The notes: generated from the sequence alone by a model not told the origin. A stretch of DNA of 63,547 nt, filler included, from Octopus bimaculoides (GCF_001194135.2; 6 parts of 6 records of this genome joined end to end with filler, not necessarily neighbours in it); one strand, 5' to 3'. Shown: positions 26,624 to 38,136, counted from the first letter of the whole stretch. Numbers and translations: made by a program.

Positions 26624-28049
26624 TATACTATTATAAATGAACTTCAAGTTTGTTTCCTTGGAATATTACACAGCCAAATCGACGCATAATTGAAGAATAC
26701 TTTGAAAGTAAAGTGCCCCAGAAATATGAATACAAACGGAATAAAACAAGTTTCTCATAAATCGGACCACTGGTTCTTGAGATATAGGGTGGGGTATAAA
26801 TACCTAAAATGGTGCATAATGGGAAAATACTCCGAAAATAACTTAACCCTGAAAAGGAAGAAGCTCTAAACATTCGATTAGATACATTATGATTGGTAAA
26901 AGTCTTAGTGACTTTAACTTGCCAACGAGAAAATACAAATTGTTTTTACAGTAAATGTTTCTATTTAAGCTTTAGTTAAACACAATATTTTAATCATTTA
27001 CAAATATTTTAAAGTGGATGTGATTTGAAAAGTGTAAGTTGTTTGTACAGCAAATATTTATATTTTAGCTTTCTTTGAACAGAAAATATTTTAATTTTTT
27101 TGAACATTAGTTTCAAAATCATTACAAAAAATTTGTTTTGGCATATTTAAAAAAATATTTAAAATTGAAAATGACTAAAAATACGGTAAATATTTCGTAA
27201 CCGCGGTGTGAAATAATTTGTTTCCATAGGTTTTTTCGAGTGTGTTCAACGTATCTCACCTCATAAGATTTGGCTGTTATTTCTAGCATGCCCTCCTACC
27301 ACGTTACAGCTATTTGCGATAAAGGACCCGAAATAGCTGCTACGTGGTAGCAGAGCGTGCAAGAAATAGCAGCCAAATCTTTCCGTTTCTGGTGTAAAGT
27401 GTCGTTTACGCGTGACTTCGATGTTACATTCGTCGGAAGCATGTGAAATAATCTGGAAAAGAAAAAGAGAACCCACGAAACAGAACTCGGTTGATGGGAA
27501 TCTCTAAAGTCCTCACCACTCCTTCCCACTTTCTTTTTCCAGAAGAAAGTGGCTTGTGAAGGGTTTGGAGGTGAGATACGTTGAATGCGCTCGAAAAAAA
27601 CCTGTGCAAAAAATTATTTCACACCGAAGTACGAACGGTTCCGTTAAGAAATATTTACACAAGATCAGAATAGGCATGCGAATAGAAGGATCGATGAGAC
27701 TGATGAAGGAAGGGCTGAGTGTCTGGCAGAACAAAAAGAGACAGAAGCAAGAGAGCTCAGCAATCGGATGCTCGAAGAGCTGAGCGTCTGACGAAACAGA
27801 GGGAAGGAGACGAAAGCAGGGGGCGTCATGAATCGGATGTCCATGTGAATACAAACAGAATAAGACAAGTTTCGCATAAATCGGACCATAGGTTACTGAG
27901 ATGCGCGGTTATTCGGGTACCTTTATAAATGGACACACCGGCGTATAATAGGGAAAATGCTTTGAATGTAATGTACCATTGAAATATTGAAATATGAATT
28001 CACACGGTATAAAAGCATTTTCTCGAAATCAGACGGGCAGTCTTGTATA

Positions 28050-28050
<1 letters not shown>
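26624..28050 (+). mobile_element. Helitron/Helentron-like non-autonomous element with a residual charged N-terminal coding fragment
   Basis: 5' TATACTATTATAAATG..AAGTTTGTTT; repeated TAAATCGGACCA blocks (about 26759 and 27878); frameshifted QNRHANRRIDETDEGRAECLAEQKE/RRAERLTKQRE resembling Helitron N-terminal repeats. The 3' end is uncertain. Confidence 0.5.
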
Positions 28051-28081
<31 letters not shown>

Positions 28082-28125
28082 NNNNNNNNNNNNNNNNNNN
28101 NNNNNNNNNNNNNNNNNNNNNNNNN

Positions 28126-28137
28126 TTAATTAATTAA
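28126..28137. other. Artificial scaffold spacer TTAATTAATTAA (44 N on each side)
   Basis: Identical 100-nt construct at five positions. It contains stop codons in all six frames. Confidence 0.95.
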
Positions 28138-28400
28138 NNNNNNNNNNNNNNNNNNNNNNNNNNNNNNNNNNNNNNNNNNNNTCATACGCAAAAATGCATG
28201 CACTCACATGCACGTCTATACACACACACACAAGCAAATTCTCATGTATCTGTTTGTGTGTGTATATACATGCATGTGTGCGCGCGCGTGTGTGTGTGTG
28301 TGTGTGTATGAGCAGCTGAATCCAACAATCAGAAAAGTAGTAATATTATTATTATTATTATTATTATTAGTAGTAGTAGTAGTAGTAGTANNNNNNNNNN

Positions 28401-28443
<43 letters not shown>

Positions 28444-28447
28444 CTAC

Positions 28448-28478
<31 letters not shown>

Positions 28479-28489
28479 ATATCTATGTG

Positions 28490-28715
28490 CGTGTGCTTTT
28501 CTGTCTGTGTTTGTACTCCCACCCTTACTGCTTGACAACCGGTGTTGGTGTGTTTACATCCCCATAACTTAGCATATCAGCAAAAGAGACCGACAGAATA
28601 AGTTCCAGGTTAAAAAAAAGAAAAACAAAAACGGTACTGGAGTCGATTCAATCGACTAGAATTCTTTCAAGATGGTGCTCCAGCATGGCCACAGTCTAAG
28701 GACTGAAACAAGCAA
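28490..28715 (+). mobile_element. SINE family A 3' portion
   Basis: CTTGACAACCGGTGTTGGTGTGTTTACATCCCC..CAGCATGGCCACAGTC..GACTGAAACAAG matches the reverse complement of 19800-19970. Confidence 0.75.
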
Positions 28716-28739
28716 AAGATAGAAAAGGCAGGAAGGCAT

Positions 28740-29130
28740 TACATTTGACAGAGCCATCTGAATGCTAAAGGGCCAATATGGACCCCTGTCTATATACAGG
28801 TGCACGGCACGGCCGCCGCCGCCGCCGCCGCCGAGGCGAGCGAGTCGTCAGGAGTTATGAGGTGTGGTGTGGACGGGAGTGGGAGAGGTCGGTCAGTATG
28901 TCCAGCGTGTACAGGTGGGGGTGGTTTTGTTTTCTGTAAAGCTCCCACTCCCCCCAACACCACCCACCCTTGGCATGTACACCTGGGTACAATACCTGCT
29001 CAACGTTGTAGATTAATCTGTTGTAGGAGTTTCGTTGAAGAGGCTAAGTGCAATGAAGTGGCCCGAGAGAGCCCTGACAAATGACCCCTGTTTAGGGTTC
29101 ACTTTTATCTTAATCTCATTATTCTGGTTT
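28740..29130. promoter_or_regulatory. GC/CpG-rich island with TATA-like box, (GCC)7 and clustered TF-like motifs; putative promoter or enhancer
   Basis: CCAAT 28773-28777, TATATA 28791-28796, (GCC)7 28812-28832, several E-boxes (CAGGTG/CACCTG, CATCTG), palindromic AGATTAATCT and a TGACCCC half-site. No recognised repeat family. Confidence 0.35.
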
Positions 29131-29145
29131 CTTTTAAAGGGGGCT

Positions 29146-29207
<62 letters not shown>

Positions 29208-29214
29208 GGTGGTG
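29146..29214. repeat. (GTA)n(GTG)n microsatellite abutting a gap
   Basis: Directly visible. Confidence 0.95.
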
Positions 29215-30559
29215 NNNNNNNNNNNNNNNNNNNNNNNNNNNNNNNNNNNNNNNNNNNNNNNNNNNNNNNNNNNNNNNNNNNNNNNNNNNNNNNNNNNNNN
29301 NNNNNNNNNNNNNNNNNNNNNNNNNNNNNNNNNNNNNNNNNNNNNNNNNNNNNNNNNNNNNNNNNNNNNNNNNNNNNNNNNNNNNNNNNNNNNNNNNNNN
29401 NNNNNNNNNNNNNNNNNNNNNNNNNNNNNNNNNNNNNNNNNNNNNNNNNNNNNNNNNNNNNNNNNNNNNNNNNNNNNNNNNNNNNNNNNNNNNNNNNNNN
29501 NNNNNNNNNNNNNNNNNNNNNNNNNNNNNNNNNNNNNNNNNNNNNNNNNNNNNNNNNNNNNNNNNNNNNNNNNNNNNNNNNNNNNNNNNNNNNNNNNNNN
29601 NNNNNNNNNNNNNNNNNNNNNNNNNNNNNNNNNNNNNNNNNNNNNNNNNNNNNNNNNNNNNNNNNNNNNNNNNNNNNNNNNNNNNNNNNNNNNNNNNNNN
29701 NNNNNNNNNNNNNNNNNNNNNNNNNNNNNNNNNNNNNNNNNNNNNNNNNNNNNNNNNNNNNNNNNNNNNNNNNNNNNNNNNNNNNNNNNNNNNNNNNNNN
29801 NNNNNNNNNNNNNNNNNNNNNAAGTGAGAAAAGAGAGAGGAGCATCAACTGACTGCTCTTGTACATCACAGACAATAATGCTCACCTCCTCCTTCGCCTC
29901 CTCGTCTACCACCACCACCACCACCACCACCTCCACTCTCCTTAAATTGAATTATACTTCAGGTGTTTCATCTTTACGTTTTGTCCTTCCCCTGGCTGGC
30001 TGGCTGGCTGGTTGGTTGGCCGGCTGGTTGGTTGGTTGGTTGGTTGGCTGATATTGTCTTGTCACAGGCTTCAACTGTCTTCTTACACACACACATACAC
30101 ACATACACAAACACATACACACATACACAAACACATACACACATACACCTATAAATACATACATATATATGTTTATATATGTTATATATGTTTATGTTTG
30201 TATATATCTAAACACACATACACACCCACATATACTCAAATAAACATACACACACACACACACACACACATGTACATATATAACTAGCACCTGTGTGTAA
30301 CTAGAACGCGTGCATGTAATGAGTATGTGAGTGTGTGTAGGTGTGTACGTGTGTAGGTGTGTGACTGTGTGTGTGTGTGGGGGGGGGTGAACAAGGGTGC
30401 AAGATAAAGGGACAGAAGAGCGGAAGAAAGGAGCAAAAAGAGAAGGGCTGAAACAACATTATCCCTTCTCCATAAAAAAGCCCCTTTCAAGAGCAGGGCC
30501 TCATGGAGACAAGGACAAATGACCGAGCCCTTTGTCAATATGCCGCGCTTGAGTAGAAG

Positions 30560-30800
30560 ACTCATCAAGCCAAGAGAAATCAGTCGTGGCGTCACGCAAC
30601 TGGCACATGTGCCGGCGGCACATAAAAGCACTCATTACACTCTCGAAGTGGTTGGCATTAGGAAGGACATCCAGCTGTAGGAACCCTGTAAAATCAGACT
30701 GGAGTCTGGTGCAGCCCCTCAACTTCCCAGCCCTGGTCAAACCATCCGAGCCATGCCAGCATGAACAATGGATGCAAAATGATGATGATGATGATATATG
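30560..30800 (+). mobile_element. LINE-tail/SINE fragment (family E here) ending in (GAT)n
   Basis: TAAAAGCAC..ACACTCTCG.AGTGGTTGGC.TTAGGAAGG.CATCCAGCTGTAG..CCATGC.AGCATG..GATGATGAT, shared with 44590-45048 and 48885-49340. Confidence 0.8.
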
Positions 30801-31343
30801 CTAATGTGAACACGGTATCTTTAAGATAGCATGTTTTACATTGATCTGATATCATGATACCATTGTATCATGTATTCCTATATATATGTGTAAGTAAACA
30901 ATACTGCACACATGTGGAAAGAATGCTAACAAGACATGCAACATGAATGAAGCTTGAATCTCAACAGGGAAAAACATCAAACAAAGCCATAACATGAAAG
31001 ACATTTAAAACAACATGCATTTATAAAGTAATGAGAACTTACTGTCTTTTCAGTGTATATATATATATATNNNNNNNNNNNNNNNNNNNNNNNNNNNNNN
31101 NNNNNNNNNNNNNNNNNNNNNNNNNNNNNNNNNNNNNNNNNNNNNNNNNNNNNNNNNNNNNNNNNNNNNNNNNNNNNNNNNNNNNNNNNNNNNNNNNNNN
31201 NNNNNNNNNNNNNNNNNNNNNNNNNNNNNNNNNNNNNNNNNNNNNNNNNNNNNNNNNNNNNNNNNNNNNNNNNNNNNNNNNNNNNNNNNNNNNNNNNNNN
31301 NNNNNNNNNNNNNNNNNNNNNNNNNNNNNNNNNNNNNNNNNNN

Positions 31344-31380
<37 letters not shown>

Positions 31381-31383
<3 letters not shown>

Positions 31384-32130
31384 GGTGGGATGGGTAAATT
31401 GTCACAATTTTATACTTTTAGTTTCGTGCTTGTGCATTGTTTGTTTTTGATTTTATCCACTACACAGTATAGTAGGGTCAGTTGAGCACCGTCTATGAGA
31501 AAAACAGCACCATGACGCAATTCACTCTACCAGAAGCTCCAATACAAACATTTCAGATTGTTTGGGTGTCAGTCTGAGGATAGAGCAATCTGAGGACATG
31601 TACTGAGAGTGATAGAAATCAAACATCCAGTCAACATCATGGTGTTTGGGGTAATCACTTGTGATGGCGATTTATGCCTCCATTCATCTTCCCACATGTC
31701 CTCACACTCAACATGGAGGCCTACATCAAATGCCTGGAGGAGGTAGTGCTGCCCTGGATCAAGAGCGTGGCTGCTGGAAGACAGGACTCTGCACCATGCC
31801 ACACAAGCAGGAGAACCCAGGCATGGCTGTCACACAATTTCTGCAAGCACCTCACCCCTAACATCTGGTCACCTAACTCTCCAGGCTGCAACCTCTTTGA
31901 TTATTATGTCTGGGGCGCAGTTGAGCGTGAGACCCACAAAACTCTTTGTAGCGCCAAAGATGAACTGAAAGCAGGGATTATGGCAGCAACATTCACCAGC
32001 TCAAACAAGGAGACCGTCCAGAAGAGCTGCAGGAGATTCCGAAGTCGTCTGGAGGCCGTGGTTGAAGCCAATGGCGATTTTATTGAATAAATTTACTCCG
32101 TAGTATTTCAAGATATTTTTTTAATGTAAT
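31381..32130 (+). mobile_element. Tc1/mariner DD37D (maT-type) remnant, internally deleted
   Basis: TA|CAGGGTG..TAAATTGTC end. ORF 31674-32090 MPPFIF..QDSAPCHTS..NSPGCNLFDYYVWGAVER..EAVVEANGDFIE has 37 residues between the 2nd and 3rd Asp. Confidence 0.9.
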
Positions 32131-32134
32131 TTGT

Positions 32135-32300
32135 GCCACTGATATCATCCAAGGGAAAGGTAAAGGTCGATACAGTTCAGCACCAGTGACATCACAACTC
32201 ATTTCTACAGCTTAGTGAACTGGAGCAACGTGAAATAAAGTGTCTTGCTCAAGAACACAACATGCAGCCCGGTCCGGGAATCGAACTCACGACTTCACAA
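32135..32300 (-). mobile_element. Partial SINE family C
   Basis: Reverse complement of the head of 1515-1800 / 36665-37000. Confidence 0.8.
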
Positions 32301-32338
32301 TCGAAATCTCAACGCTGATAATCATGATGATGATAATA

Positions 32339-32370
<32 letters not shown>

Positions 32371-32737
32371 AAAGAAAAGAGAGAGAGAGAGAGAGAGAGA
32401 TAGGAAGAGTGGTGCCAAGCAGAGAAGTGAGATAGACAAGAGCAATGTGTATTAAAGACATGTAATTACACACACACATACACGCACACACAGACACACA
32501 CACAGACGCAGGCACCGAGGAGACATACACACACACACACAGACACACACACAGACACACACACACATGCACACGTGTTTGTTGTGTGTGTTTAAGGACA
32601 TTAAAGAGATGAGATGAGAGATGACAAAAAGAATGATGCTGACAAGAGAAAAAAGAAATTACGTGTTTAGTTGGGTGACTTTTGATGTAACTANNNNNNN
32701 NNNNNNNNNNNNNNNNNNNNNNNNNNNNNNNNNNNNN

Positions 32738-32749
32738 TTAATTAATTAA
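32738..32749. other. Artificial scaffold spacer TTAATTAATTAA
   Basis: 44 N + 12 nt + 44 N. Confidence 0.95.
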
Positions 32750-33268
32750 NNNNNNNNNNNNNNNNNNNNNNNNNNNNNNNNNNNNNNNNNNNNCCTATTA
32801 AACAGGAGATATGAATCTAGTCTAATCTGTCTTCACGCTACTAAATACTCATTCTCCAAGTATAATTAAATATATAATACACTACACCTCCTAAGCTAAA
32901 CTAAATAAGCATAAAAGAACTTTCCCTCTAAGTATTATTAATTGTAAGTAGATACGAATAAGACCAGAGTTAGCCCCCTTTTCACCTAAATTTAAGGTTG
33001 CTTCCCTGTACTAACACCGCCGGTGCTATAAATATACGACGGATCCCTCAATCATAAAATCACGTGGAGATGCATTTGATTAAATCCGGAATAATGAACT
33101 TAAATAGCACCCATCCTACATCCCCTTACAGGAAGACTAACACAACTCCAACTAAAACGTAAGGCTTTCTTTACCTATCGATATTACTACACCACTATAT
33201 ACATTAATATACCCACCAATCACTTCTCCTATATCCCTCGCACAACGAACTCTTAACATACTCCTCAA

Positions 33269-33357
33269 CATTCTGATGAGATCTGCCAAACCATTGGCTA
33301 GATTGAAACGTANNNNNNNNNNCCAAACCATTGGCTAGATTGAAACGTACGTAAATG
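33269..33357 (+). ncRNA. Minimal hammerhead ribozyme motif split by a 10-N gap with duplicated flanks
   Basis: Merging the overlap (CCAAACCATTGGCTAGATTGAAACGTA is on both sides of the gap) gives CATT-CTGATGA-GATCT GCCAA acca TTGGC t AGATT-GAA-ACGTACGT-A-AATG: stem I CAUU/AAUG, extended stem II, palindromic stem III, GUA cleavage triplet. Confidence 0.6.
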
Positions 33358-33654
33358 ACTATTACATAACATTCACAATGACTCACTACATAACCTCAAC
33401 CTCCACAATGACTCATTAAATAACCTCCACACAATAAATCAATGGCTAACTAGCCCAACAGAATTGCTCCTTCTTGTATTTGTTGCTCCATTCTCCACAT
33501 AAATATAATTATAAACTATGGTTTAAACAATAAATTACCTGCCTCTGGATGCCCTCTACCCAAGACGGTACCCGTACAGGTGATCCTCAGGAGTGCCTCC
33601 AGATTTAAACATCCCCTGGTTGCTTGGATGCTTCAGACTACCCCTGAAGGATTG

Positions 33655-33810
33655 AGGCATGGCTGTGTGGTAAGAAGCTTACTTCTCAACTACATGGTTC
33701 TGGGTTCAGTCCCACTGCAGAGCAACTTGGGCAAGTGTCTTCTACTATAACCTTAGGCCAACCAAAGTCTTGTGAGTGGATTTGGTAGACAGAAACTGAT
33801 AGAAGCCCAT

Positions 33811-33830
<20 letters not shown>
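33655..33830 (+). mobile_element. SINE family A head, CpG-decayed
   Basis: GGCATGGCTGTGTGGTAAGAAGCTT..GGTTCAGTCCCACTGC.. Confidence 0.85.
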
Positions 33831-33842
<12 letters not shown>

Positions 33843-33845
<3 letters not shown>

Positions 33846-34860
33846 GGTGTAGTGAATAAATTGTCGTTTAAATTACACAAAAATGAAAACAACACTGACA
33901 TCTCATTTTAACATTTATTTACCAAAATTACATAAAAATATCTTGAAATACTAAAGAGTAAATCTATTCAATAAAATTGCCATTGGCTTCAACCACAGCT
34001 TCCAGACAACTTTGGAATCTTCTGCAATTCTTCTAGACAGTCTCCTTGTTTAAGTTGATGAATGCTGCCATAATCCTTGCCTTCAGTTCATCTTTGGTGT
34101 TACAAGGAATTTTGTTGGTCTCTTGCTCAACTGCGCCCCACACATAATAAGCAGAGTGCAATCTGGGGAGTTAGGTGGCTAGATGTTAGGGGTGATGTGG
34201 TTGCAAAAATTGCCTGACAGCCATGCCTGGGTTCTCTTGCTTGTGTGGCATGATGCAGAGTCCTATTGCCAGATGGGTCTTCCAGCAGCCACCTGTTGAC
34301 CTAAGGCAGCACTACCTCCTCAAGGCACTTGGTGTAGGCCTCTGTGTTGAGAATGAAGTTGTGTGAGAAGATGAATGGAGGCATAGTGTCGCCATCACTA
34401 GTGATCACTCCAAACACCATGATGTTGACTGAATGTTTCATTTTTATCACTCTCGGTACATGTTTTGGGGACACAATTAGTCAATGGTTGTTCTGTGTGT
34501 TCACCATCTGATCCTGGCAAAAATTTTTCTTGTCTGAGAAAAACCAAAGCATGTTCGGCTGGAGGGGATGCTTGAGTTTGTTCAAAAGTTTCGTAGTACT
34601 GCCTTTCCTCTTGTCCTTGATGGCTGGGGATAAAAATTGGCCCTTTCTCAACTTGTATGAGGAATACCAAATGTTTTCATGCATTACCTGCCTGATAAGA
34701 AACTCAGACATTCCCATGCCCCTGGTGATGAACCTGATTGACTTGGAGGGATCATTGTCAATCATAGCCTGGAGCTCACCAACAAATTCAAGAGTTGTTT
34801 TTTTTATCAGAATGATCAGAGAGAGGTTTTCGAGCTGAAATAAGCTGAAATAATTTTTTT
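33843..34860 (-). mobile_element. Tc1/mariner DD37D (maT-type) remnant, 5'-truncated
   Basis: TA|CAGGGTG..TAAATTGTC terminus at 33841-33865. ORF pieces MIDNDPSKSIR..LWFFSDKKNFCQDQMVNTQNN, followed by the same catalytic region as 31674-32090. Confidence 0.9.
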
Positions 34861-35548
34861 ATAGCTCATGGTTAGCAACTTGATGCTAATAAAGATCCAA
34901 ATTGAGAGAGTGGAGCAGGTAAAATTTAGGTTACATATTTTTCCTAGATAGCAAATCCTCTGATGTAATAATTACTCTATGAGGGGTACTCATAGCTAGC
35001 TACTCATCAGGCTGGAGATACCCTAATTATATGAAGGCTACATTATCGTTAAGGAATCTCAAGCTAACTTGCTGAAGATATAATTTGAAATGACTGAACA
35101 GAAACAGGTGCGTTGCTGTAGAGGAGATACATGGTTAACCAGTCAGAGGGAGAGAGCAAAAGAAAGAGAGAGAATGGAAGAGAATGAAAGTGCAAGAGAG
35201 AGCAGGAAAGAGATGGTTGTAAAGTGACAGGGCATATTCACAAGGAACAGGGATCAGAATATAAATGGGACAGTAGAGTAGAGCAAGGGAGAGATGGATG
35301 GTGGAAAAGTGTCAGGGCTCACCCTCAAGGTACAGGGTAATAAATGGTAGGGTATTGCCAAAGGTGCATGAGTAGGGAGTAGAGACTTTACATGAATGCA
35401 AAGAGTGTGGGGGTGAGGAATGCAGATATATATGTAAAGGACTTTCTCAAAGTTAGTTTGAATGATAATCATTTTCAGGTTTCCAGTGATTACTTTAAAA
35501 AATTACTTCTGTTGTTTTAACATGTTATTTTTGATGACATGTGTTTAG

Positions 35549-35662
35549 GTCAATTCATCTGTGTAACAATGTAATACAAAGAAATTATAAAAATGGTCCT
35601 CGAGCTAAAGAACTACCTGAAAATAACATGTGGACTCATCATCAATTTAAAAATTATCTCAG
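35549..35662 (+). CDS. TTLL3: Tubulin glycylase TTLL3/8-like, internal exon (first of four found)
   Basis: tttag|G TCA...CTC AG|gtaatt. Encodes SIHLCNNVIQRNYKNGPRAKELPENNMWTHHQFKNYL, matching the TTLL3/8 xHLCNNxIQK..P.DNMW motif. Confidence 0.92.
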
Positions 35663-35996
35663 GTAATTATTTCCATATAAAAAGTTTTTTTTTAAATATC
35701 TTTGATTGGTTTAATAATGTTTGTATTTTATGTCATATTTGAAATATGTTTCATTTTACTTGATGTAAATAATTTTCTTTCTTGATTAATTAAGCATTTA
35801 AACCAGCCTTATCTGGCCTAAATATTCTATCTGATTTATGTTGAAACTGGGCATATCTTGTCTCTCACACCTACCCTATGATGTAATTTTAAAACTAAAG
35901 AATCATAGAAATCTTGAAGCTATGGGATAATGTATGATTAATTCAATACAATGTGAATAAATAGGCATTACATTTGACTGACTGAGTAATCTGAAT

Positions 35997-36215
35997 CATC
36001 ATCGTTTAACGTCCGTTTTCCATGCTGGCATGGGTTGGACGGTTTGACTGAGGTCTGGAAAGCTAGTGGCTGCACCAGGCTCCAATCTGCTCTGGCAATG
36101 TTTCTACGTCTGAATGCCTTTCCTAACACCAACCACTTCAAGAGTGGTGTAGTGGGTGCTTTTTACGTGCCACTGGCATGGAAACCAGTCAGGTGGCCCT
36201 GGCATTGATCATGTT
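35997..36215 (-). mobile_element. Family E LINE-tail/SINE fragment in TTLL intron
   Basis: CATCATCGTTTAACGTCCGTTTTCCATGCTGGCATGGGTTGGACG is the reverse complement of the tail at 44990-45048. Confidence 0.85.
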
Positions 36216-36296
36216 ATCTATATATTTGCAAAATACAATATTAAAAGCTCTGAATGAATACTTGAATGGTGCTTTGAATAGTAAATGCCTTTGGAG

Positions 36297-36446
36297 ATTT
36301 TGTTGTGTCTTAAAAGAGTCGTTAGGCCAATATTAATAATACATGCACTGGTTCAATTCCACTCCTTTGTTATTAGCTAGTTAGAATTGAACCAGTGCAT
36401 GTGTTATTAATATTGGTATAATGACTCTTCCTAGACACACCAAAAT
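36297..36446. repeat. Long inverted repeat (63-nt arms, 24-nt loop); fold-back/MITE-like
   Basis: Arms 36297-36359 and 36384-36446 pair with 5 mismatches and 3 G-U pairs. The inner 33 bp are uninterrupted. Confidence 0.9.
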
Positions 36447-36664
36447 TGTTTTCAATTCATGAATTCACATAATCTTGCAAACTAGATACAAAAACGTTTT
36501 ACAAAATTGTTTGTTGTATTCATATTGACTGTGGAGAAAAACTATACCATCAATATCACATTTGTTTCACTGAACATAGCTTTAAATGTTTGCTTCAGTA
36601 TCATAACTACTACTTCCAATGCTCATCTGTGGAGAGTTGTGTAATGTACAATACCTATAGGTAT

Positions 36665-37000
36665 GTGAAGGTGCAGGGCTCAGTGGTTAGAGCATTGGCC
36701 TCACAATTATGAGGTAGTGAGTTTGATTCCTGGACCAGGCTGTGTATTGTGCTCTTGAGCAAGACACTTTATTTCACATTGCTCCAGTTCACTCAGCTGT
36801 AGAAATGAGTTGCAACATAACTGGTGCCAAGCTGTATTGACCTTTGCCTTTCCCTTGAATAACATCGGTAGCATGGAGAATGGAGCTAGTATGCATGGGC
36901 AACTGTTGGTCTTCCACAAACAATCTTGTCCAGACTTGTGCCTCAGAGGGGAACTTTCTACATGCAATCCCATGGTCATTCATGACTGAAGGGGGTCTTT
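36665..37000 (+). mobile_element. Full-length SINE family C in TTLL intron
   Basis: tRNA-like head GTGGTTAGAGCATTGG..GAGTTTGATTCC. Homologous to 1515-1800. Confidence 0.85.
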
Positions 37001-38136
37001 TGTAGGTATGGTGAACTGGTTTTGGCAAATAGGAACACTCAATGCTATTTTAAGGATGACCTGAATAGAGCCTGTGTCGTCGATATTAATCAAATCAGTA
37101 GGAAGCTACTGAGGAAACTCTCTGGAGATTGGTAATCTGGGAGAAGCAAAAAAGGTTTCTTTTCTGTTAGACTGAAAATTTACACACTATTTATTAACCT
37201 GGTTCACTGCTTTACTAGAAATAAATATTTTAAATGTCAATATGTCAATACTATTTAAAGATGAAAATGATGACTTCAAATGTGACACCTTAATTCACAT
37301 TTCTGAATGCATATATTTTCTTATGTTTACATAAATGAATAAAAGAATATGTTTATGTATTTGTTTTGCAAGATTCTCGATGTGAAAATGTGTGTTGAAA
37401 CATCTTTTGCCAATGAGAGACGAATGAGTGATGGACAACTTTGATAGACAAATAAAGTAAAATAATAATATTAACAAAACTGAAGTGAAGATCAAATAAA
37501 TAGTGCGTGTATTTAATTGTCTAAAGATTACCATCCCCAAGTATAACAATAAAAGAATAAGTATAAAATAAAATGCACAATTAAATTAAAAATGGAAATA
37601 AAGCATACCAAGGTAGAGGCTGTTATTTTTCTCTTTGAATGTTTTAATAATTAACACAGTATTTTTCAATGGCATTAAAAATATAAATCCTTGTATGTTG
37701 TTGGGGATCCATATGATATGTGGGACTGTTACAGTGGATTTTAATAAAGGTAGGTGATTTGATAAGTGCAAGAAAACAAGTGTTAGAATACAATTCTACA
37801 AACTTCAATATAAGATTTTGATATTGGGAAATAAAAATGGCAGTTAAAAGTATAATTGGTAGAGTGCCTTGCAATTTGAGCAATTCTCTTTATCTTTTCT
37901 GTTCAAATCCCATCAGAGTTAATCTTGTCTTTCATCTTTATTGTCAACTACGTATAATTTAAAATCAATTTTAAAATAGAATTCTTAAAATCCTAATATA
38001 AAAAAAATAATACAAATGGGAAATTGTCTAGAGAGAAAAATAACCTTTTAGACAGTTAAAAAGTTCATTAATTATAAACTAGGTTGCTACACTGAGGAAG
38101 TTGCCTTCCAGATTTATTCATCCTAATCTGTTTTAG

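Noticed and set aside
28773-28781. CArG (SRF) box
   Set aside because: CC-AATAT-GG has five rather than six A/T bases.
29013-30051. Long 256-338 aa ORFs
   Set aside because: Mostly N-gap (X) plus microsatellite. The same applies to the ORFs spanning gaps at 17.5, 31.1, 53.6 and 58.5 kb.
34960-35005. Minus-strand CUGAUGA with CUAUGAG/CUCAUAG hairpin
   Set aside because: No GAAA or stem III and no matching stem I.
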